From NCBI GenBank assembly GCA_002189035.1, contig NEEC01000379.1, positions 1 to 14,799 of the forward strand: a DNA stretch of 14,799 nt, read 5' to 3'. A model generated the notes under the pieces. It was not told the DNA's origin. It did not search any database and worked only from the letters and a program-made list of their open reading frames with translations. The DNA is from Utricularia gibba (Eukaryota > Plantae > Magnoliophyta). Made by a program: the position numbers and the translations under genes. Positions 9,295-14,799 of the stretch are shown piece by piece. Numbering within the stretch: the first letter of the stretch is position 1; each line of letters starts with the position of its first letter.

Positions 9295-9540
9295 CCCTAA
9301 TCACCATTGCTCGTTTATTTGGGCATTCAGAAGCAATATGTCCAAGTCCCAAGCATTTGAAACATTTTATGTTTCTGGTAGTTCCCTTTGGAGGTGTTGT
9401 TCGCTCCCCTTGCTTGGAACTTGATTGGATGTCGAATTTGAAGTGTTCCATGGATGACTTCCCTTTATTTCTCTCCATCATCTCATTGGTGCCCCCAAAT
9501 TTCGAACCAGAAGTCCTCTTGTTGAAATCTCTGCGAAACT
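9295..9540 (-). CDS. gag: Gag nucleocapsid fragment with CCHC zinc knuckle
   Basis: CFKCLGLGHIASEC (Cx2Cx4Hx4C) in ORF 9257-9481; the frame is open upstream through FRRDFNKRTSGSKFGGTNE to ~9540. Confidence 0.88.
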
Positions 9541-9627
9541 CTTGCTAGATAGTTGTTTCTCAACCTTTGTGGCCATATGAATCATGTCCTCCATCTCAAT
9601 GTAGTGATGAAGCTCCACAATATTTGC

Positions 9628-10463
9628 ATCTCCTTATTCATCCCATGAAGAAACCTAGCCATAGTTGCTTCTCTATCTTCCTGAACATGAGCTCTAATCA
9701 GTAAAATCTCCATTTCCTGCCAATATTCCTCCACTGGCCTTGAGCCCTGCTTGAGATTTTGCAAACGTTGATAAACATCTCTTTGGTAATGGTTTGGAAC
9801 AAACCGCCTCCTCATAACTTTTTTCATCTCAACCCAAGTGTGAATTGGTTCTTCAGAGTCAATCCTTCTTTTAGCCACCAATTGATCCCACCAAATGATA
9901 GCATACTCACTAAATTCCATGGAGGCCAATCTGATTTTCTTTTCGTCAGAGAAGGTGTTGCAATCAAAGACATGTTCTACTCTTGTTTCCCATTGGAGAT
10001 ATGCATCTGGATCATTCTTTCCTTGAAATTGAGGTATCTTCATCTTGATGTTGTTAACATCCTTTCCAATTCTTCCTCCGTCTCTTCTACCTCCCTGATC
10101 TCGAAATCTTCTTGTATCCCCATGCACAAAATCATTTTCACTATATTCAATGTAGTCATCTTCTTCATCATTATTCAGGGTTCGATCTCTTCTTCCAACA
10201 GTCCTTGCACTTCGTTGATCACTTAAGTCATGTTCAGTGTTGATGCGTTGATGCAATTGACTACCTCGACCCCTTCCAGCAGCATAATTATCTTGTCTTC
10301 GTGCTCTTGCAACATTTTGCAAAGAATTTTCGTGTTCATCAAGCCTGACATTTATGTTTTCCAGAATGCGATGCAATCTAGTGAACTCCTGTTGCATAGC
10401 TTTCAAAGTGAACCTCCCATCCGGTGAGTCATCCTTTTCATGCTCACTTCTGGAATTTGACAT
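9628..10463 (-). CDS. gag: Gag capsid-type domain fragment
   Basis: KIPQFQGKNDPDAYLQWE, AIIWWDQL, LQNLKQGSRPVEEY, ATMARFLHG in ORF 9582-10496. A 1-bp frame break near 9628 restores KEIANIVELHHY. Confidence 0.9.
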
Positions 10464-11147
10464 GCTAAATACTGGACAAAAGAAAACGAGCAGCAAGGAA
10501 GAAAAGAGACTAAACTAAAAAGAACAAAGAAACACACACAAGATTTACCACTCAATACTCAAGCTTCAAGTCCTTGATGCACTCTTTAATGTCATCATGC
10601 TTGTTCTCATGGCATCTAACGAATTAATCACTTCCAGATTGGTATTGATTATAGTGTAATGATGGAGTTAGGTGAGGGTGGCAGTATTAATAGTCTCAAG
10701 ATGGAGACAAAGGGAAGTGTTTAAATTAAATTGGTTGCTTGTTGGAATAGATAAATAGGAAGGATGGACAACAAGGTAAGAACAGATGAAATCAGAGAAT
10801 AGAGCACTACACACGAAATGTGTTGCTTGCTAAACTATAGAAATACAGAAATGGGCAATCAACAAAGAGAATAGTCAAATGGAAAGGTGGGGACACGTGA
10901 ATGACAGGGGATGGGAATTGAAGATAAGAAAAACAACAATAAAGTGGTTGGTTGGTGGAATGGGAAAAGTAGAGAGGTGGGCCACAATTTAAACATACAT
11001 AATAATGGATGATAGTGATGAGTAATGGATATTCACCTTCACACTCCTTATCCTCTTGCACACTTGAAAATGATATTCAATGTGTTCTTGCTATTCAATT
11101 GACACTCAATTTCGAGCTCTTCTTCAATCAACTTCCTGTGACCTCCC

Positions 11148-11216
11148 TTTTTTTTTTTGTACTAAAGCCAAAAGTAATAAGGACTTGGCTTGAACGATTT
11201 TTTTTTTTTTTTTTTT
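11148..11216 (-). repeat. Two homopolymer runs in the 5' leader (T11 at 11148-11158, T19 at 11198-11216; A-runs in element sense)
   Basis: Directly visible. Confidence 0.9.
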
Positions 11217-11278
11217 GAATAGGCAGGAATGGAAGAACTCAAAAAGAACTGGATAATAATAAGGATAAGGAACCCAAA

Positions 11279-11290
11279 GCTCTGATACCA
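11279..11290 (-). other. Primer binding site complementary to tRNA-iMet
   Basis: Minus strand TGGTATCAGAGC, 3 nt after the CATCA end of the 5' LTR. Confidence 0.96.
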
Positions 11291-11293
11291 AAA

Positions 11294-11896
11294 TGATGTG
11301 ACCCTCTAATCTATAGAGATTAGCAACCCACAAAAAAGAGGTGATTTTGAAGCTTAGAAGAGAACCCACCGAAGTCTACCCTCAAGAGAATAAATCTCTT
11401 GCAACCAGACTTCGAAACAAAGAAAATTAGGAGCCACACTTCAGAAAAGAGAGATTGATTGGAAGTGATAATCCTAGAACGCCACAAGCTCAAAGCTTGA
11501 TAAGTTAAGAGTGTTCAAGCACTCAAAGGAGACAGGAATCTCACAAGATACATAAAATGACCAAAGATCCTGAATTAGTACATCTCTAGAGTAAATATAC
11601 TCTAGAATTGAGCTCTAACATTACATAGTCCAAACTAAATGAAATAGAAAAGTCTAACAAGCCCAATGCTCTAAGTTAAGTCCATCTTCAAGTAGTTGAC
11701 CTCTTTTGATGGGATGTCTTCAAGCCCATCTTTGATTCCAATGGTATTGAGTAGACCCTTAAGTGTATCTTCAACCATCTTTGTCTTGCTCCTAGTCATT
11801 GGTCCTGGTGGAATCATCTTTCTTTCTAATTTGTTCACTTGAACAAACTCCTCATCATTCTTCAAATACACTTCATTATCTTCCTGGGGCTCATCA
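11294..11896 (-). repeat. 5' LTR, intact, 603 bp
   Basis: Terminal inverted repeat TGATG...CATCA; followed by the PBS in element sense; homologous to the split LTR and the solo LTR. Confidence 0.96.
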
Positions 11897-14799
11897 GAAA
11901 GTGATGTATTTCTTAACATTCGGTTTCGGGGTTGCCAACATGGTTTTTCAAGGAAACAGGTTCTCGTTTTGAGGCGGCCAGTATCGCAAGGAACTTGGTC
12001 CGGGCCCCTGATTCTTTATGGCTCATGAGGACAAAAGGATGCAAATCGATGAAATAAATGATGCATTTGTTTAAATTACGATATCACGTGCACCCTACAT
12101 GATTTTTTCAACAACTTACTTTATACTTTAGGTGGTGGTCTTGGGGGGCAAGAGGAACCAGACAACGGTCACCTTAAGTTTTGGCCGAAAGTAGGTTGCA
12201 GCCCGGCAAAGAAAGTGATGTATGTATTAACGTTCGGTTTTCGGGGTTGCTTACATGGTTTTTCAAGGAACAACTTCTGCTTTAGTGGCGGCCCCCGCTA
12301 GGAACTTGGTCCGGGCCCCTGATTCTTATGGCTCATGAGGACAAAGGATGCAAATCGATGAATAATGTGATGCATTTGTTTAAATTACGATATCACGTGC
12401 ACCCTCCATGATTTTTTAAACAACTTACTATATCCTTGACGAGGTGGTCTTGGGGGGAAGAGGAACGGGAAAAAGGTTAGCTTAGGCTTGGGCCGAAAGT
12501 AAGTTGTAGCCCGTCAATTAAAGTGATGTCTTTATGAAGGTTCGGTTTTCAGGGTTGCCTACATGGTTTTTCAAGGAACATCTTCTCGTTTTGTGGCAGC
12601 CAGTCTCGCTGGGAACTTGGTTCAGGACCCCGATTCTGTATGGCTCATGGGGTCAACCGGATGCAAATCGATGAAAAAAAATGATGCATTTGCTTAAATT
12701 ACGATATCACGTGCACCCTACATGACTTTTTCAACAATTTACTTTATACTTGAGGAGGTGGTCTTGGGGGAGGAACCGGATAAAAGTCAGCATAGGCTTG
12801 GGCCGAAAGTAAGTTTTATCTCGGCAAAGAAAGTGATGTATTTATTAACGTTCGGTTTTCGGGGGTTGCCTACATGCTGTTTCAAGGGACAGCTTCTCGT
12901 TTTGTGGCGGCTAGTCTCGTTGGGAACACGTCCTAGAACCCGATTCTGTATGGCTCATGGGGTCAACCGGATGCAAATCGATGAATACAATGATGCATTT
13001 GTTTAAATTACGATATCACGTGCACCCTACATCATTTTTTCAACAACATACTTTATACTTGAGGAGGTGGTCTTGGGGGGGAGAGGAACCGGAAAAAGGT
13101 CAGCTTAGACTTGGGCCGAAAGTAAGTTGTAGCCCGGCAAATAAAGTGATGTATTTATTAAGGTTCGGTTTTCGGGGTTGCCAACATGGTTTTTAAAGGA
13201 ACAGCTTCTCGTTTTGTGGCGCCCTGTATCGCATGGAACTTGGTCCGGGCCCCTAATTCTTTATGGCTCATGAGGACAAAGGATGCAAATCGATGAAAAA
13301 ATGATGCATTTGTTTAAATTACGATATCACGTGCACCCTACATGATTTTTTCAACAACTTACTTTATACTTGAGGAGGTGGTCTTGGGGGCAAGGGGAAC
13401 CGGAAAAAGGTCAGCTTAGGCTTGGGCCGAAAGTAAGTTGTAGCCCGGCAAATAAAGTGATGTATTTATTAACATTCAGTTTTCGGGGGCTGCCTACATG
13501 GTTTTTCAAGGAATATCTTCTCGTTTTGTGGCGGCCAGTCTCACTAGGAACTTGGTCCGGGCCCCCGATTCTTTATGGCTCATGAGTACAAAGGATGCAG
13601 TTCGATGAATACAATGATGCATTTGTTTAAATTACGATATCACGTGCACCCTACATCATTTTTCAATAACGTACTTTATACTTGAGGAGGTGGTCTTGGG
13701 GGCAAGAGGAACCGGACAAAGGTCAGTATAGGCTTTGGCCGAAAGTAAGTTGTAGCCCGGCAAATAAAGTGATGTTTCTTAACGTTCGCTTTTCGGGGTT
13801 GCCTACATGGTTTTTCAAGGAACATCTTCTCGTTTTTTGGCGGCAAGTCTCGTTGGGAACCTAATCCTAGACCCTGATTCTGTATGGCTCATGGGGTCAA
13901 CCGGATGCAAATCGATGAATACAATGATGCATTTGTTTAAATTACGATATCACGTGCACCCTACATAATTTTTCAATAACGTACTATATACTTGAGAGGT
14001 GGTCTTGGGGGGAAGAGGAACCGGACAAAGGTCAGCATAGGCTTTGGCGAAAGTAAGTTGTAGCCCGGCAAAGAAAGTGATGTATGTATTAACGTTCGGT
14101 TTTCGAGGTTGCTTACATGGTTTTTCATGGAACAACTTCTCCTTTACTGGCGGCCAGTCTCGCTAGGAAATTGGACCGGGCCCTGATTCTTTATGGCTCA
14201 TGAGGACAAAGGATGCAAATCGATGACTATAATGATGCATTTGTTTAAATTACGATATCACGTGCACCCTACATCATTTTTTCAACAACATACTTTATAC
14301 TTGAGGAGGTGGTGTTCCGGGGCAAGGGGAACCGGAAAAAGGTCAGCTTAGGCTTGGGCCGAAAGTAAGTTGTAGCCCGGCAAATAAAGTGATGTATTTC
14401 TTAACGTTCGGTTTTCGGGTTGCCTACATGGTTTTTCAAGGTACAGCTTCTCGTTTTGTGGCGCCCTGTATCGCATGGAACTTGGTCCGGCCCCTAATTC
14501 ATTATGGCTCATGAGGACAAAGGATGCAATTCGATGAAAAAAATGATGCATTTGTTTAAATTACGATATCACGTGCACCCTACATGATTTTCAACAACTT
14601 ACTTTATACTTGAGGATGGTGTTGGGGCAAGAGGAACCGGAAAAAGGTCAGCTTAGGCTTGGGCCGAAAGTAAGTTGTAGCCCGTCAAAGAAAGTGATGT
14701 ATTTCTTAACGTTCGGTTTTCAGGGGTGCCTACATGGTTTTTCAAGGAATCTTCTCGTTTTGTGGCGGCCAGTCTCACTAGGAACTTGGTCCGGGCCCC
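11897..14799. repeat. Tandem satellite array, right block (~9.4 monomers of ~308-314 bp, variant B type)
   Basis: CACGTG recurs at 12085, 12394, 12708, 13017, 13328, 13641, 13951, 14259 and 14570; same orientation as the left block. Confidence 0.97.

Larger units (their letters stand above)
5550..10463 (-). pseudogene. gag-pol: gag-pol polyprotein, frame-disrupted (Gag, zinc knuckle, aspartic protease, RT, RNase H, integrase)
   Basis: Consecutive overlapping ORFs join into one Ty3/Gypsy polyprotein with frame breaks near 9628, 9540, 9295, 9170, 7714, 7360, 6703 and 5963. Likely start ATG at 10463 (MSNSRSE...), stop TAG at 5552-5550. Confidence 0.9.
4566..11896 (-). mobile_element. Ty3/Gypsy LTR retrotransposon, chromovirus CRM-clade-like (centromeric retrotransposon), with a nested solo LTR in its 3' LTR
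   Basis: Two near-identical 603-bp LTRs, PBS next to the right LTR and PPT next to the left LTR, gag-PR-RT-RH-INT order. TGATG/CATCA termini and an integrase ORF extending into the 3' LTR with a GPMTRSKTK motif match described CRM group A elements. Clade assignment is from motifs, not a phylogeny. Confidence 0.93.

Noticed and set aside
6661-10427. Antisense (+ strand) and off-frame ORFs overlapping gag-pol
   Set aside because: Short shadow ORFs with no motifs, as expected opposite a coding sequence.
10807-11369. ORFs of 69-84 aa in the 5' leader
   Set aside because: Low-complexity, include homopolymer-derived poly-F/K, and have no recognisable domain; no support for an extra ORF or env.
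11671-11919. 82-aa ORF on the - strand crossing the satellite/LTR junction
   Set aside because: It is the 5' LTR copy of the integrase tail with a chance non-ATG start in the satellite, upstream of the presumed TSS.
12722-14551. Short ORFs in the right satellite
   Set aside because: Same reason: repeat-derived with inconsistent frames.
1-14799. CRISPR-like array or prokaryotic system
   Set aside because: Repeats are contiguous ~312-bp units without unique spacers, there are no cas genes, and the only coding content is a plant-type Gypsy polyprotein.

Overview
Plant-type repetitive window with no cellular genes. A tandem satellite array (monomer ~308-317 bp, each apparently a diverged dimer of ~156-bp subunits) occupies 1-4565 and 11897-14799. 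It is interrupted by a 7.3-kb Ty3/Gypsy LTR retrotransposon on the minus strand (4566-11896) with CRM-clade (centromeric chromovirus) hallmarks: 603-bp TGATG...CATCA LTRs, tRNA-iMet PBS, PPT, gag-PR-RT-RH-INT order, and an integrase tail with a CR-like motif running into the 3' LTR. The gag-pol frame is broken in at least seven places. The most unusual structure is a complete 602-bp solo LTR of the same family inserted in the opposite orientation inside the 3' LTR (4840-5441, 5-bp TSD AAAGA), about 25 bp downstream of the candidate TATA box. This creates interleaved ~330-bp and ~274-bp inverted repeats, a candidate hairpin-RNA source. The full element has no TSD, and ~66 bp of satellite phase is missing across it. 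The satellite has two variant domains with chimeric units at the boundary. All identities and counts were made by eye; the species cannot be determined from this window.
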